Assembly (NCBI GenBank): GCA_037447605.1
Contig: CM074804.1
Location: forward strand, 1,736,001-1,800,000
Length of the DNA stretch: 64,000 bases
Reading direction: 5' to 3'
From: Zygnema circumcarinatum SAG 698-1b
Taxonomy: Eukaryota > Plantae > Zygnematophyceae
The number at the start of each line of letters is the position of its first letter. The first letter of the stretch is position 1. Below, in pieces: positions 1-13,500 of the stretch. The notes beneath the pieces are model-generated. The model was not told where the DNA came from. It was given only the letters and a program-made list of their open reading frames with translations, and did no database searches. Made by a program: the position numbers and the translations under genes.

Positions 1-1438
1 AGAGTGGAGATTGTTGGAGCAAACAGGCGTGTCAGGGTGAGCTTAAAAAAAGCGACATGCTAAGTGTGGAAATACATCAAGGGTACCTGCTAAGACATGA
101 TGCAATGAAAACTCTCAACCCTCACTGGATCCCTGCTCTAAGGGTGGTTCTCTATTGAAATTCCCTATTAAGTAAGCCAATCACGGTTTGCCACGTTTGC
201 ATGTTTTTTGACGAGACTGGCTGTTATTGGTCCAGTCTAGCGACAGTACGCTCAATAGATTCCCACCCTAATTGCCACTGCCTTCGCTTCTAGTCAACGC
301 ACACCCCATCGTCAATAGTGCGGCAATGTGGTCTGTATTGAGAGGCAGAAATCTTCCTGTATCCTAATGACCAATGAAACAAACTTAGATTGGACAGATT
401 TGTGAATAGCCGCTTCTCTCAAAGTAGCAAATGTGAATATCAGCAGCAACTTTTGGAATTTACATGTTCATGTCTACTGCTGATAGCTGACTGTGAGAAG
501 AAAGAAACAAAAGCTTGTTCTGTCAACAAGAGGTCGACAACTTTAACTTTCTAGTCATTGGAAACCTGCCATTGACATCCATATTCTGTGTCTTGTGCAG
601 GATGCAGTGAGAGGCTTGCGCGACAACGTTGATACAAGAAACAATGATGCAAATGCTCCGATTCTTGATGAAAACGCTCTCTTGAATCGTCCAGATGGTG
701 AGACTCGAGCACCCCTAACAACCATAACCGCTTAGAGATCAACAAACATCTGTCATCATCATCGTGACTTGAATGGTTTGAGCATAAACAATCTCCATGG
801 CACTATTTTCCGCCTCGTAATGATGGTCAGGAGCTTTGTGCAGATGCATTGGCATGCCATTAGCTGGTTTAGAAGTCACGAATGGAGTAGATAAATGGTT
901 TAAGGCGACTAACTGGTGGGGCCTTCTTCGGCAGGTTGCGAAACGGCGGAGGTTCATGAAAAGGCAGGAAAGTCTTACAGTGTTCATTATGATGATGACG
1001 ATGGTCGTGATTTCTCCGATCATGGACTGAATGATGTCTCGAATGATCTTTTGGAAGAGACCATCCGTCAGTCGACTGATGAGGTGATTTTATTACAGTC
1101 CTCCCCTATTTATCCATTGCTTAGTTACTTTAACAAAGCTGAGGGCTCGCCTGTGCAATTCTGTGAATGTTTGTAAGCGAGTTGCTGAATAGACTCATCC
1201 ATAGTTTTATAGTTTTAAAAAAGGTTATGTATGTCATTGCTCTATGCAGGGCTCTCATTCAGGAACTGCCCAAACAGCTGGCAATTCTGGGAAGGTCCGT
1301 TCATCATCAACGGCAGAAGAAAAGGTTTTGACCACGGAACAATTGGAACGCATGGAAGCAAACAGGAAGTTGGCATTGGAACGAGCAAGAAATCGAATTT
1401 CAGCTTCCAAAACATTAGGCGATCAATGTGGTCACTGA
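1..1438 (+). CDS. TIPIN: 3' part of TIPIN/Swi3/Csm3 replication-fork protection protein (starts before window)
   Basis: Spliced GT-AG in frame. Exons: 1-36 (RVEIVGANRRVR), 601-697 (DAVRGLRDNV..., end of the Swi3 domain), 935-1083 (ACTAAC branch site at ~908-913), 1250-1438. The last exon ends LTTEQLERMEANRKLALERAR, the RPA32-binding motif typical of the plant TIPIN C-terminus. Confidence 0.8.
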
Positions 1439-1699
1439 TGCGGTCGAACTTTCTGTGCCAAAAACGCTCGACCTTCCATAAACTTAAATGTGACATCACA
1501 ATGTTGACGCTTTAATTCAAACTGCAACTGATTCATGGAGCCGAAAAGTGAAAGACTACCTTCCTCGATGAGAGGGAGCGAAAACGAGAGGGTGTTGGGC
1601 GTCGGGAAAGGAACCATTGAGATGGAATGGATAGCAGGTATGCAGGAAAAAGTAAGTACATCAATTTGTGAATTAAGTAAGCAGTTTTTTCAGTATAAG

Positions 1700-4600
1700 T
1701 TAAGCTGGAGGCCCAGTGCTGGTGGAAGCTGAAAGGTCGTCCACCAGTTGGGCGATGATCTGAGTGGGGGGAGGGGGGGGCTCATCCAGCCCCAGTTCAG
1801 TGATGCAGCTCCGGATATGGAAAATGGTGTTACTCCGACGCTGAAAGCGCTCTGTATACTCCTGAGGAAGTGATGAAAACCCCAAAACGTAGGATTAAGG
1901 GATGATGTCGTAAATATATGTAATGTTATGTTTGGTGATGTCACGTGAATGGAATGTCATGTTATGGTGTTGAAATGCCAGGAAATAGATCAATCTTTGA
2001 TGGAAAGCATCCTTTTTGCGAGGGTAACGCAGCGGAAAAGAATATGCAGAATGAAAGGTGACAGCGATGCCGGGGGGGGGAGGGGCAAGGGCGAGGGCGA
2101 GGGCGAGGGATAGGTAGAGGGAGAGGGAGAGGGAGAGGGAGAGGGAGAGGGAGAGGGAGAGGGAGAGGAGAGGTGATAGACCTGCCAGTTCACGCGATGC
2201 TGAAACCACACTGCCATGTTAAAGGCCTTGTTGGCCTCCTTGCAGACTATGCGGAAGGACGGGTAGTAGAGCTGCGGCTGCACGTCAAAGTACACTTGCA
2301 GCCGCTCCTGCATTGGCTCTCAAGCCCGCCATGTCCCAACCAGAGCAGAAAATCACATAGCATGTCTGCGTTAGGATAGCACCACAAGCATGTCGGGCTT
2401 CACGCATGATATCATGACTCCAAACATACGAGAGTGAGAACGAAGGGAAGGAGAGGAGAGTGCAACGGGGAAGAAACTAGAAAGTGATGGAGTGGGAGAG
2501 GGAGGGAGATGGTGCCTGAGGAGGTGGACGCGGGGGCGAGAGAGGGCGAGAGAAAAGAAAGGGGGATGGCGGACGGAGGAAAGGATCAAGTGAGAGAGAG
2601 AGAGGTAGAGTGAAAGAGAGTGTCGTCAAATCACCTTGAGTTGGTTGACCTTCTCCAGGGATGTGCCCAGAGGGAGGTCGAACTCAAAGACGTCCCATTG
2701 GTGGGGGCTGCGGTACACGTTGGAGACCGCTTTCAGCTTGAGCTGATCGTTGGGCCAATACACCTTCTCAGACGTACCGCTGAAAGGGAGGGAGGGTAGT
2801 GGCAGACGAGAGAAAGGGAGGAAGGGAGGGAGGGGGGAGGAAGTGGGGAAGGAAGCCAAGAGAGAGTGAGGAGGGGAAACGTTGGCATGGAGGAAGGGAG
2901 AGAGGTGGGGAAGTCCGAGGGGCCGGGAGAGAGAGAGAGAGCACGGGGAGAGAGAAGGCCGGGGAGGCAGGAGTGAGAGAAAATACATGCAATATAGTGT
3001 TAAGAAAGGTGAAATTATCGCAGAGAAAGGATAGTGTTGGGATGGGTGTGACCTATCTGCTTTTTGGAGTCTCAAGACAACATGTCATGCTAGTCGTAAA
3101 TAGAGTAAACATTTTCGAATGGTGTGATGGGTTTGTGTGTGTTTGTGAGAGAAGAAGGCTACTGAAAAACTTCCACAACAAGGAAGCGAGAACTCACTTG
3201 AGCAATACAGTATAGAGCACATTGATTTCCTGGAAACAAATTAGAAAAGAAAACGTAAGCACGGATCAATAGAGAATTTTCGAATAGCATACGAGTGAGG
3301 AAAACGAGAGAGAGAGGTGTCTCCGTCTCCACTTGGCAGTTTTTTTCCTTTCCCTCTTCAATCACAGCATAGAAAATGATGTGCTCCATTTTTCGTAAAC
3401 GGAAACTGACCTCCACCACATAGGACGCTCCGTCGACCATGATCCGATCCCCAACATCGAACGGATGCATGATGAAGAGAAAGATTAAGGCTTCGAACGT
3501 GATCTTGGCTTGATTGCCGAACACGAAGACCAGGGGGATGAAGAGAGACGAGAAGAGGATGAGGAGACGTGACGTGTTCACTCCAATGATCAGCAGAGAG
3601 ACGACGAATAGCAGAACCAGCATCACCTGCAGGACCACGGCAAGGACTGGGTTTAGGGTTTAGGGCTTTCTGAGGGCTGTTCTGGAATATCCAATTTCAT
3701 TACTCGGACAAAAATCTCAATTTTTGGAGAACTCGACGACAGAGCCGAAGGTTAAAAATCAAGAACCTTTTCAAGGCACTTAGTTTATAGAGTCTCATTA
3801 TTCTAATGGATATATTAAAGAAGGAAACACATGTACCTACTTTCGGCCATTTTCTACTTTCTTTTTTCTTTTTTTCTTTCTTTCTTTCCATTTTCTTTCT
3901 TTTATAGTTAGATTTTTTACCAGATCTTACCATATCGAGCACATTTTGTAGCTTGGAAACGACCGTTTTACTGTCAGACAGTGTGAGGGCGAGCGCCTTC
4001 CTCTCCTTGTAAGCGCTCACCACCCAATTCATGAGGGCCCTCCTTCCCACCCTCCCCGACTCCGCCCCCTCAAACAGGACGAAGGCCTTCGCCGCGTGCT
4101 CTTCCACAAGGAATCGCTCAAAGTCTTGGAGAGTCAAATGGGTTTGACCGGGCTGTGACACGTTGTCAAAAATCTGCAGCAGGATGAACATGGTAGGACT
4201 AAATTACTAACGGGGAGATCCGTGATGGGTTAGGGCCGGATTCTATGTGAACTATTTTAAAGGATTGATTTCTGAATATTCGAGGTGAGCCTCACAATCA
4301 CATTAATGGGGCAATGGTGACTCCGGGAATAGGTGAGTTGAAAGAGAGCATGGGGTGGGTGGCGATGAGAAGAGAAGTGGAGGAGAGGGGAGGTTAGGGA
4401 GAAGGGAGGGAGGGAGTAGGGGAGGGGAGGAGAGGAGAGGAGGGAAAGGGGAGAGGGAGGAAATGGGTGGAGAGGAGAAGACAGGAGGAAAAGAGGAGAA
4501 GAGCGAGAGTACATGTTTGGCAGCTGCTTTCGCCTGAAGCTCGCTGTCGATCTCAGCCTCCATCTCATCATCCAGCAGGCCCACGTACGTGGAGATTTTC

Positions 4601-7600
4601 GTTTTCAGTATTTTACTCATGAGCTTCTTCATCGTCCATGCTGACACGGTCTGAAATTTTAACCCCAAAACATGAAACAGAGCAAAAAATTTCAGCGAAT
4701 CACATAAACTATGTTTTAGAGGGATGGAGAGAGAGAGAGAGGGAGAGAGAGAGAGAGAGAGAGAGAACCTGTGATGTCAGGTTTTGCAGATTTTCCTGCT
4801 TTCGAGGCTGCCCCATGTCCCGACTCACACCCAGTTTTGAGCTCCGCGGGATGAACCCAGAAACTGGCTCATTTGGAGTGTCCCGAATTTCACGCTCCGA
4901 TGCACTCCGAAAAACTGAAAATCCGTTCTTTCCAGAATCAGAATCAAAGCTTCCGTAAGAGTTTATGCCCCTTTTTGGAGAATTTTCTGAACCCTGATTA
5001 GAACCCTGAGCTCCACTGTGCTCTTTTCCTTTCGCAAGTCCCAAATTCGCCGCCGGTCGAATTGTCGAGTTGAAGTGTTGGGGTTTTGGAGGAAGCTCGG
5101 TCTTGCTGCTTGCTGGTACAGGTGGCGCTTTCTGATTGGCGGAGCCACTTTCTAGATCAAAATCAACTGTTTTCTCACGCTGTATATTGAGTGGATCTCC
5201 GTTGATATCCACACCATTTAAGTCTCTCAGTGGATCTGCATCCAAGTGGAACCCATTCGTTGTCGATCTGTCCACAATGCTTGGAAGATCACCTTCGGTG
5301 GATCTAAGCTCTATAGTGGACCCCGCTTCTGCGGTGGATTCTTCCTTGTTGATCTCTTTTCCGCGGTTTGCTGAGCAATTTGCAGAGGGTCGACTGACAG
5401 TGAAAGCAGCACGGAAGGGAGCGAGTTCATCGGCCCAAATACCTTCATCTTCGGTGGAATCCAAAGGGGGGCTGGAAAGGCTTTCTAAAACATATTGGTG
5501 GAATAAAGCGTCTTGAATTCGATCAAAATAGGCCGCTCTGTGGAAGCTGTTTGCGATGTATTTTACTCCGGAGACTTCAAGCACGCGTATTGCCAAAGCC
5601 GCAAAGAAGCACCAAAGGAGCTGCGCAGAGCAGCAAGGAATAAGTCATGTTTGTGCTGCTCGAGTGTTTGAACTCAGAAATGTGCTCTCCCTGTCTTTGG
5701 AAAGGTTGGACTAAGGGTCTTAAAACCATGAGTATGATTTGGGGCCCACATGATAATATGGACTAGCCATGTTCATGATTTGGATGATGATGATGATGAT
5801 GATGTTCCTGATGTTGATGATAATGATAGTGATGATAATGATGGTGATGATGATGATGATAATGATGATCATGATGGTGATGATGTGGACCCATCCACAT
5901 GCAAGAGTGATGGCATGGCATGGCATGGCATGGCATGGCATGGCTGACCCTGGAGATGACTTCGACCCTCGCGTCGGAGTAGCTGTGGAAGAGTCCGTTC
6001 CAGACGGCGATCACGAGCGCGAGCCAGACAAGGTTCCGTACGGCGTGCCGGAGGCCGTACACGAAGTACAGCACCCGCTGCCGGAGGAGGTACTGCTTCT
6101 CTATTACCCGGATCAGGATCTGCCCCCCCCCCCCTCCCGTGCATGCATGCATGCCAAGACATAACAAATAAAAAACGAGATTTCTAAGGACGATTCTAAC
6201 AAGTTCTATTTTCCCTTGCACCCTTCTCTGATTTGTACGGATATCGATCGTTTTGCAACTGTTGAATCAAAATCCGCAGTGTTTGCAGCGCTCACCATCA
6301 TGCACCATCCCGACATGAGCCGCCCGGACACGATGACCAAGAGCAGCAGCAGCCATCGCCACAGCGCCACTCCAATCAGCTGCAGGGAATCGCCACGTAT
6401 AAAGGCCGAAAAAAAATAAGACGAAGTGGAAAAAAAACACATAAAACTAGTAGAACATTTTTTTTGGGGTGGGCGTGGTGGGGGACGGAGTTCGGACAAA
6501 AGGAAACAACCTTCCCTGTGTCCCTCCCCCCTCTCCCTCTTTCTCTCTACGTACAACAACCCTCAATTTCCTCTCCCCCCCTTTCCTCCCCTCCCCCCCC
6601 CCCCTTACCTTCGTATTTCGCAGCGAGCCAAAGATGGCGGTTGTGACGAGCGCGGCTCCAAGCAGCAGGAGCGCGCCCCCCTGAGCGATGTTCCAGAAGG
6701 AGCTTTGGGCCTCGCCCAGCGTCAGCGCGGGGATGGACTCGAAGTCCAAATCGTCGCTTTTCTCCTCGGCGGCCTCCTCGACCTCGTCAACTGAAACAAC
6801 GGAAAGGGTTTATCCGCACAACCCACGGGGGGGGGGGTTTCGACCGCCCTTGAAGAGTTAGCTAGTCCGTCAGTTAGTTAGTTAGCTTTTGGGTAGAGTA
6901 AGTGAATTGGAAGAAGAGAATGTACTGCGAGGAATGGCTCATTCTCTTTTCACGATTTTGAGGCACCAAATGGCGCTCTATTTGTATGAGATTTTTGTAC
7001 TCGCTGCTGATTCCCGTCATTGCATTGATCAACATTGCTTGCTTCTGTATGTAAATGTGAATATTCAATTACAGTACAGGGAAAAATGAAATGCAGTGCA
7101 AGGACAAGGTCATGCTAATCAATAAAAATGTGCTTTTCGAAAAGCAACTATTGGGCACGTCTTTCAGACAAAACAAAGCAACCGCCACCGAAAAAGAAAA
7201 TTTCTATAATCGAAAAACAGAAAAAAAAGAGAGCAAATCGGAAGTTTCGAAGCACCTCTCGGCAGCGGTTCGCCCCTCCCCAAAATTCCTGACTTTGGTA
7301 TAATTCCCGAAATCTTATGCATTGCAATGCTGGCCCGCCGCGCCATGCTCGCTCGCGCCTCCGTTCTATGCGGCTCCTCCCCTCCGTTTTTCAACGCAAA
7401 ATTATTCCGTTGACTTCCGAGTCTCCATGTGCCCTCTGCTCCGTCCCCGTACGCTGGAACGTAATGTGCCGCCAACGGCGCGGACATGGAAACAGAGCCC
7501 TTACCGCCCCTCTTTCTATGCATCAGTTCCGTTCCAGACTCCGTCACAGCCTTAGGATAAAATCTACCATCGAACTCCTCATCAAGATTTCTGCCATTTT

Positions 7601-8153
7601 TCCCCTCAGAAAATTCAGAATTATGCTCGCCAAAATCAGTGCCATTCAATGGCTGCCTTAGCTGCCATTTTAAAGACGGAGTAGCCCTAAAATTTCGATA
7701 TGAATTAGTACTAAGCACAACCTCCCGAGGGTCTTCCAGTCGATTTTTCGACGGCGTTCGCACCAACACCTTGCTGTTGCGCCGTCTCAGTCCTGAGCTT
7801 CCCTCCAACCCTAACCCTAATTTCAGCCCTGATTCCGAGTCTAACCCTAATTCTGCCTCAAACCCACATTCTGAAGCAAAGGGGTCGCAGTTCGGGGCCG
7901 GGCTCGCGCCGCATGCGGAGTCGAAGGAGACGTATTTTTCCGTCTCTGGAAGGCTTCCGATCTCATCGCCTCCCTGATGTGGGCTTCTGCCGCCATGGCC
8001 TGCTGCAGGCTGCGCCCGGCTGCCGCCCGCTGCGGGTCTCTCGCCATTTTGCGTCGAAGTGAGCTCTTGGCAGACCAGTTCTGGCGAAGATTTGAAGGTC
8101 TTTTGGGGCTTCCGAGAGAGTGGCGGCCCAGAATTTTGAGCAGATTCTGGCAT
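1700..8153 (-). CDS. MSL: MscS-like mechanosensitive channel, MSL4-10 (class II) type with long disordered N-terminus
   Basis: Exons ~8153-7256, 6791-6608, ~6378-6295, ~6119-5949, ~5620-4769, ~4650-4513, ~4173-3931, ~3626-3411, 3229-3198 (32-nt EINVLYTVLL), ~2780-2635, 2307-2182, 1861-1700. Motifs RVLYFVYGLR, FHRAAYFDRIQDALFHQYVL, VSAWTMKKLM, FLFIMHPFDVGDR, KVYWPN...SNVYRSP. Start codon uncertain. Confidence 0.92.
5774..5944. repeat. (GAT)n degenerate microsatellite followed by (GGCAT)n, in an MSL intron
   Basis: Direct reading; explains the poly-M/I/H/D ORFs. Confidence 0.9.
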
Positions 8154-8360
8154 ATTGGGAATTTTGTTTGAAGAAAATGTGCAGCTCCCCTTCCCTGCCC
8201 CGCCTCCCTCCCCTGTGCTCCCTTCCCCTCCCTCCCTCCCTCCCTCGCCTTTGTGGCCGCCACGGGAGCCGTTCCATGCTCCTCCGGTTCCGTGAAAAGA
8301 TCGCTTTTGTCACTTTAGTGGAGAAACTGGCGATGGACAATTTGTCACGTAGACGTGCGT

Positions 8361-8985
8361 ACACGTGGCACGCTGCCATTGGACGGTGCTCGATTGGAGC
8401 TCGCGTGGGAGAAAGGAGTGAAAAATACAGATTAGCCAAAGGATTTGTGTTCGGGGAGCACTTTTTGCACAAGATCGTGCGGTAAAAATGCTGTCACGAG
8501 ACATTCCCTCTAATCGACGGTTTTAAAATCATGCACGTGGCAGTTGAAATTTGAAGAAAGGGCGACAAAGGGAGGTCGCCACGTGGAGGCGCGCAGTTTG
8601 GGCAGCCGATTTTGTCGTATTAGGTTTCGTCAAGATCCTCGTCGGGCATTGGTCGGCGGAGTCAGATTCGAAGCTCTGTAGCGACGCCACGTGGCTGGCT
8701 CAAATCGGAGCTTCCTAGAAATGTCAAGCGCTGTCGTTTCTGATGAATGGCGCGCCTCTAGTCACGGCCAGTCATAACGCGCCACGTCACTAGTTTGATC
8801 TTGCTACCCACAAATTCTAGGTCAGCGGTTGACAAACGCGGACTGGGTTATTTTTAGAACCGCCACCGTTTTCCACTGCAAGCCATTTTTCCACGAGGGC
8901 GCCACGTCAGCATCCAGTACTGCCACGGCATAGCAACCGAGCTTGACTTGGCGGTGCGCAGCGTGGCCGTTTTCGTCACGTGGCG
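8361..8985. promoter_or_regulatory. Cluster of G-box/ABRE-like motifs (CACGTGGC, GCCACGTCA) upstream of MSL
   Basis: Motifs at ~8361, 8534, 8578, 8686, 8781, 8901 and 8976. Function is inferred only. Confidence 0.4.
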
Positions 8986-9245
8986 CACTCCTGAAGGCGG
9001 AGATGTCCGCAAATCTCGGCGAGCCGATTTGCAGTGTGAATGGATACAGTATCCCGTGAATCCTGTCCGTACTTGTTTGTCGTGCGCTTACTTCCGTACG
9101 GCCAGCCAATATGCTACGATATAAACGATACGGTACATGTCTTCTTGGCGATATATGCGATATTGTGAGGTGTGCGCGTATGCCGAATTCGACCAATCCG
9201 GAGTCGCTGATCAGCCGGTTCCCAATGGAGGACGGGCGGATTATA

Positions 9246-10019
9246 GGATAACTATATACCGCCCCCCTTTTTTGGTTATCCCGCCCCTGTTTTTTTGAAA
9301 TCCCAGACTCCCAATTTGGCTATTCTGCCCCCCCTCCCATTTTGGCTATCTCCCCCCATTTTGGATATTTCGGGAAGAGATTCTGCTCATTCTCTCTCGC
9401 TCCTTTGCTCTCTCCTCTGCTCTCTCTCTCTCTATACTCTCTCTCCTCGGCTCTCACTCCTCTACTCTCTATCTCTCCTCTTCTCTCTCCTTTGCTCTCT
9501 CTCTCTCTCCTTTACTCTCTCCTCTGCTCTCTCTCTCTCCTCTATACTCTCTCTCCTCGGCTCTCACTCCTCTACTCTCTATCTCTCCTCTTCTCTCTCC
9601 TTTGCTCTCTCTCTCTCTCCTTTACTCTCTCCTCTGCTCTCTCTCTCTCCTCTATACTCTCTCTCCTCGGCTCTCACTCCTCTACTCTCTATCTCTCCTC
9701 TTCTCTCTCCTTTGCTCTCTCTCTCTCTCCTTTACTCTCTCCTCTGCTCTCTCTCTCTCCTCTGCTCTCTCCTCTAGTCTCTCCCTCTACTCATTCTCTC
9801 TCTCTCTCTCTACCTCTCTTCTCTGCTCTGCTCTCTCTTTGCGAATGTCTTTACGGACGTTGCGCTGCTGTGTGAGAAGGAGAAAACAAGGGGGGAATGT
9901 CCAAAGTAGGGGGCGGGATATCCCAAAATGGGAGGGGGCGGAATAGCCAAAATGGGAGAGTGGGATGTCAAAAAAACTGGGGCGGGATAACCAAAAAGGG
10001 GGGCGGCATATAGTTCTCC
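9246..10019. mobile_element. Non-autonomous DNA transposon (Mutator-like/foldback type) with ~120-bp TIRs and 8-bp TSD
   Basis: Left end GGATAACTATATACCGCCCCCCTTTTTTGGTTATCCCGCCCC matches the reverse complement of the right end ...GGGGCGGGATAACCAAAAAGGGGGGCGGCATATAGTTCTCC. TSD GGATTATA at 9238-9245 and 10020-10027. The interior holds a 110-bp CT-rich unit x3 (9431, 9541, 9651). Confidence 0.88.
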
Positions 10020-10528
10020 GGATTATATCCTCGTTTTCCCATGAGGATATCGGCCGAGACCGGCGATATATCCCTCACGTCCACCGATATGCCATCAAGC
10101 GGAGGGGGCGCTGGTAGGGCGTTCCATGCACCTGTTTTTGAAACAGTTCAAAAGAACGTTGAAGCGTGCAAATGTGACACGCTTTTCAGGAGCAGCAGGG
10201 AACACCGCGCGAGCCCCTCCCGGCCTCCGTCTGCTGACGTGGCCACTCTAACGGCTGCCAGAGCGCCACGTGGCCCTCGCCACTTGTCTTTTCCCCGGAC
10301 GGACTGTACCCGTGAAAGCGTACGGACGGCGCTCGTGCCTGCCCGCGCCCCCTCCCCCGGAAGGAACGAAGGAGCTTTCTGTTGCAGGTTTGCTGTGCAA
10401 GCAGTCATGGCTGCCCCTGAACCGGCTTCTCGTTTGTGATCTTCCTCAGCCGGTTTGTTTTTGGTCAATTCCCGCCATTCGCAGTCACTTCTGCAATCAC
10501 TTCGCAGTTGGCGAGGCGAGGCGAGAGG

Positions 10529-13500
10529 ATGGAGGACGAAGAGATGCCGTTGGAGGAGGCGGCGCACTTCGAGTACCGCGGGGAGGGCGCCGCGAACATG
10601 GTCTTCTCGTACCGCGGGAGCAACCCGCGCCTTGTGAGCCCCTGTAACCCTCGCCTGATGCTGTCCCCCTTCTCGTCCCCTCCGCCTCCCGCTTTCACAC
10701 TCCCTCTCCCCTCTCCCCCTCGTAACTTTTTCAATCTCTTCCCCCTTCCCACTCCCGCTCTCTGACTATCCCTCCCTACCCTTCTTCCGCCTCCACTCTC
10801 TCACTCTCCCGTCCTCCTCTCCATCCCACTTTATCACTCTCCCTCCCCCCACCCTCCCATTCCCTCAATCCCTCTCGCCTCACCCACTCTCCTCCCTTCC
10901 TCTCCTACTCGAACTCTCCCCGTCCCCCGCCCGGTCCCGCTCCCTCTTCCTTCTCCGTCTTCCTCTCCCCTCCCCCCTCCCCTCCTTCTCCCCTTCCCCT
11001 CTCCATTCTTTCCTAATCCTCATTCGGATCATGTCCACACCTTCTCCCATTTTCTTTTTTTAATCCCTCCAGATTGGAAAAGTCCTGCGCATTCGAAAAG
11101 TGTCCGCTTCAGCTCCAAAGCCGAAGGTTGAACCTTCCCCTCCTCTATCAACCACAGATTCCACCGAAGAAAGGCAGCAAGATTACCCGTTGCTCCCGAC
11201 CTCTGAGTCGGTGGATCGCAGCCCCTCCGGTGAATCTCCGGAAGAGCCCATACTTAGTCCGGAGGAGCAGGAGGTTTGGAAGGACTGGCCGGAGGTTGCT
11301 AGGGCCACAAGCAATGCGGATTTAGTGCATGAATTTACCAAAAGGGTTATGAAGCCTTTACTCGGGGACGAGTTCGTTGATCCCGGGGTAAGTTGGCGGT
11401 TGATATCCTTCTGCTTATAATTTTTTTAGGATACTCGGCTTTGAAGGTTTGAATAGTTTGAAGAGATTGAAAAGATTGAAGGGTTTGTTGTGGGAACTCT
11501 AAGATAAGCACAATTCTAGTGGTTGTGGGGTTCGGCATTTCAGAGGTTTGACGATTTTTAGGAGCCTAAAATTGATTTTTTTCTTTTTGTCAACGTAGTT
11601 CCTCTAATCACGACCTGCGCAGTCCACTTATAGTCAGATAAGACGAACTACGACAGTGAATCATCATCATCATTCCTTCTCCTAACCCCGGGCGACGTTT
11701 GGATCATCTCCCTCCTCAAACGAACCATCCAATGCCTACATGCTCTCTGTGCCGTTCCTCAGTTCCGAACTGAACGGTGCGCGCATGGAACCTGCCTGGC
11801 TGCCTGCAGGCGGTGGTGCCCTTACCGCGGCCCTTCCTGGCGGCGGCGGGGCGGGGGGCGCACAGCGCGAGGGCGGCGTGGCGGGCGGCGGAGGGCGGCC
11901 TGCAGGGGGAGGGGGAGGGAGGGGGAGGAGGGGCGCGCGCCGCGCTTGTTGCGGACCATGCGCTGCTCGCGCACCCGTCAGGCAGGGAACCCTAATTCTG
12001 ACTGTCCAGAGAGAGGGAGAGGTGAGAGAAAGGAGAGAGAGAAGAGATGGGGGGGGAGAAAAAGAGAGGAGCGCGAGAGGGAGAGAGCTAGAGAAGAGAG
12101 AGGGAGAGAAAGAGAGAGAGAGGAAGAGAGAGAACGAGAGAGGAGGAGAGAGAGAAAGATAGAGAGAGGGAGAGGTGAGAGAAAGGAGAGAGAAGAGAGG
12201 GGGGGAGAAAAAGGGAGGAGAGCGAGAGAGAGAGCTAGAGAAGAGAGAGAGAGAGGAAGAGAGAGAACGAGAGAGGAGAGAGAGAAAGATAGAGAGAGGG
12301 AGAGGTGAGAGAAAGAAGAGAGAGGAGAGAGGGGGAGAAAAAGGGAGGAGCGCGAGGGAGAGAGCTAGAGAAGAGAGAGAGAGGGTGAGTGAGTGGGAGA
12401 GAGAGGTTTGGGTAAAGGAAGGGATTTCCGCCATACTCCCCTCATTTGTCCCACCCCCTCTCTCTCTCCTCTCCCGTTCTCCCCTCTCCCACTTGCCTCC
12501 TAGCTAGCTTAAGGTTTGGGCTATGAAGGGATCTTCCCCCCTCCCCCACCCCTTCTTTAGGTTGCAGGTTGGAGTAGGGAGGGGGGGAAAAGGGGACAGG
12601 AAAGCGAGGAAGGGAGGGGCAGAGAGAGAGAGAGCGAGAGAGAGAGAAAGAGAGGGGAGAGGAGAGAGGGAGGACAGAGAAGGGAGGGGGAAGGGCAGAT
12701 ATCCCTTCATTTACCCCAGACCTAAGGCTATCTTTAGTGCTCAGTTTCGTTTACGAAGCCTTCCAGTCTGAACCTCATTTTGGTTCTAATTTCAACTCTG
12801 ACCCTCATCCTTTCTACTGTGTCTCATTTTTTTCCTATGTGTCCTACAGGGGATACAACCACACCACATCCGACAATATGTGTGGAAATCAAGGTGCGCA
12901 ATTTACGCCTTATTTGCTGAAGGGGGGGAAAAAGAGGGAGGGAAGGATTTGTGGGTTTTCCTGAGATTTGCAATATGAGGCTCTCAGAGGTGGGGCTTGC
13001 ACAAATTTGTTCGAATTTTTTGTTAAAATATGTCCGAAATGGGCTCCGTTTGGGGGGCAGCCAAAGTGCGGATTTTTGCCTTCCTCCGTCGCGATCAGTG
13101 AGAGGAACGAAGTGAAGCGACACGTGTCACGCTTTGAGCTGCACCAACACCTCAAGCTGTCTCTGGGAGAGGTGCGCTTGTCGTTTATGTTTTTTTTTTC
13201 CCTTGAATAAATCTCAGCTTCAATTGCTAAGTTCAAGCTTTCTTGTGATATTTTTTTTCAATGTATTTTTTTTATTATTTGCTATGTCTCATATGTTTCG
13301 GGTTCCTCCATGAGATCTTGAAAAGCGAATTTGGTTTTTTTTTTGTTTTTTGTCTATGAAGGTGGATATCCTCAGCAAGTATAACCCTCTGGATTTTTTT
13401 TCCGGGCAGCCCGACCGCGTCTTATCTGCGGTTTCTCTGCTCTTTGAGACCCCCCAAAACAATTTAAGAGTTTTTAAAGATGGCAAAGAAATCTTTGGAG

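Noticed and set aside
5720-5947. Poly-His/Asp/Met ORFs as metal-binding peptides
   Set aside because: Translations of an intronic (GAT)n microsatellite.
9295-9946. L/S-rich, P/S-rich and R/E/G-rich ORFs here and at ~12-12.5, 16-16.6, 20-20.6, 27-28.3, 41.4-42.1 and 61.7-62 kb
   Set aside because: These are stop-free translations of CT/GA low-complexity tracts in introns, UTRs or TEs.
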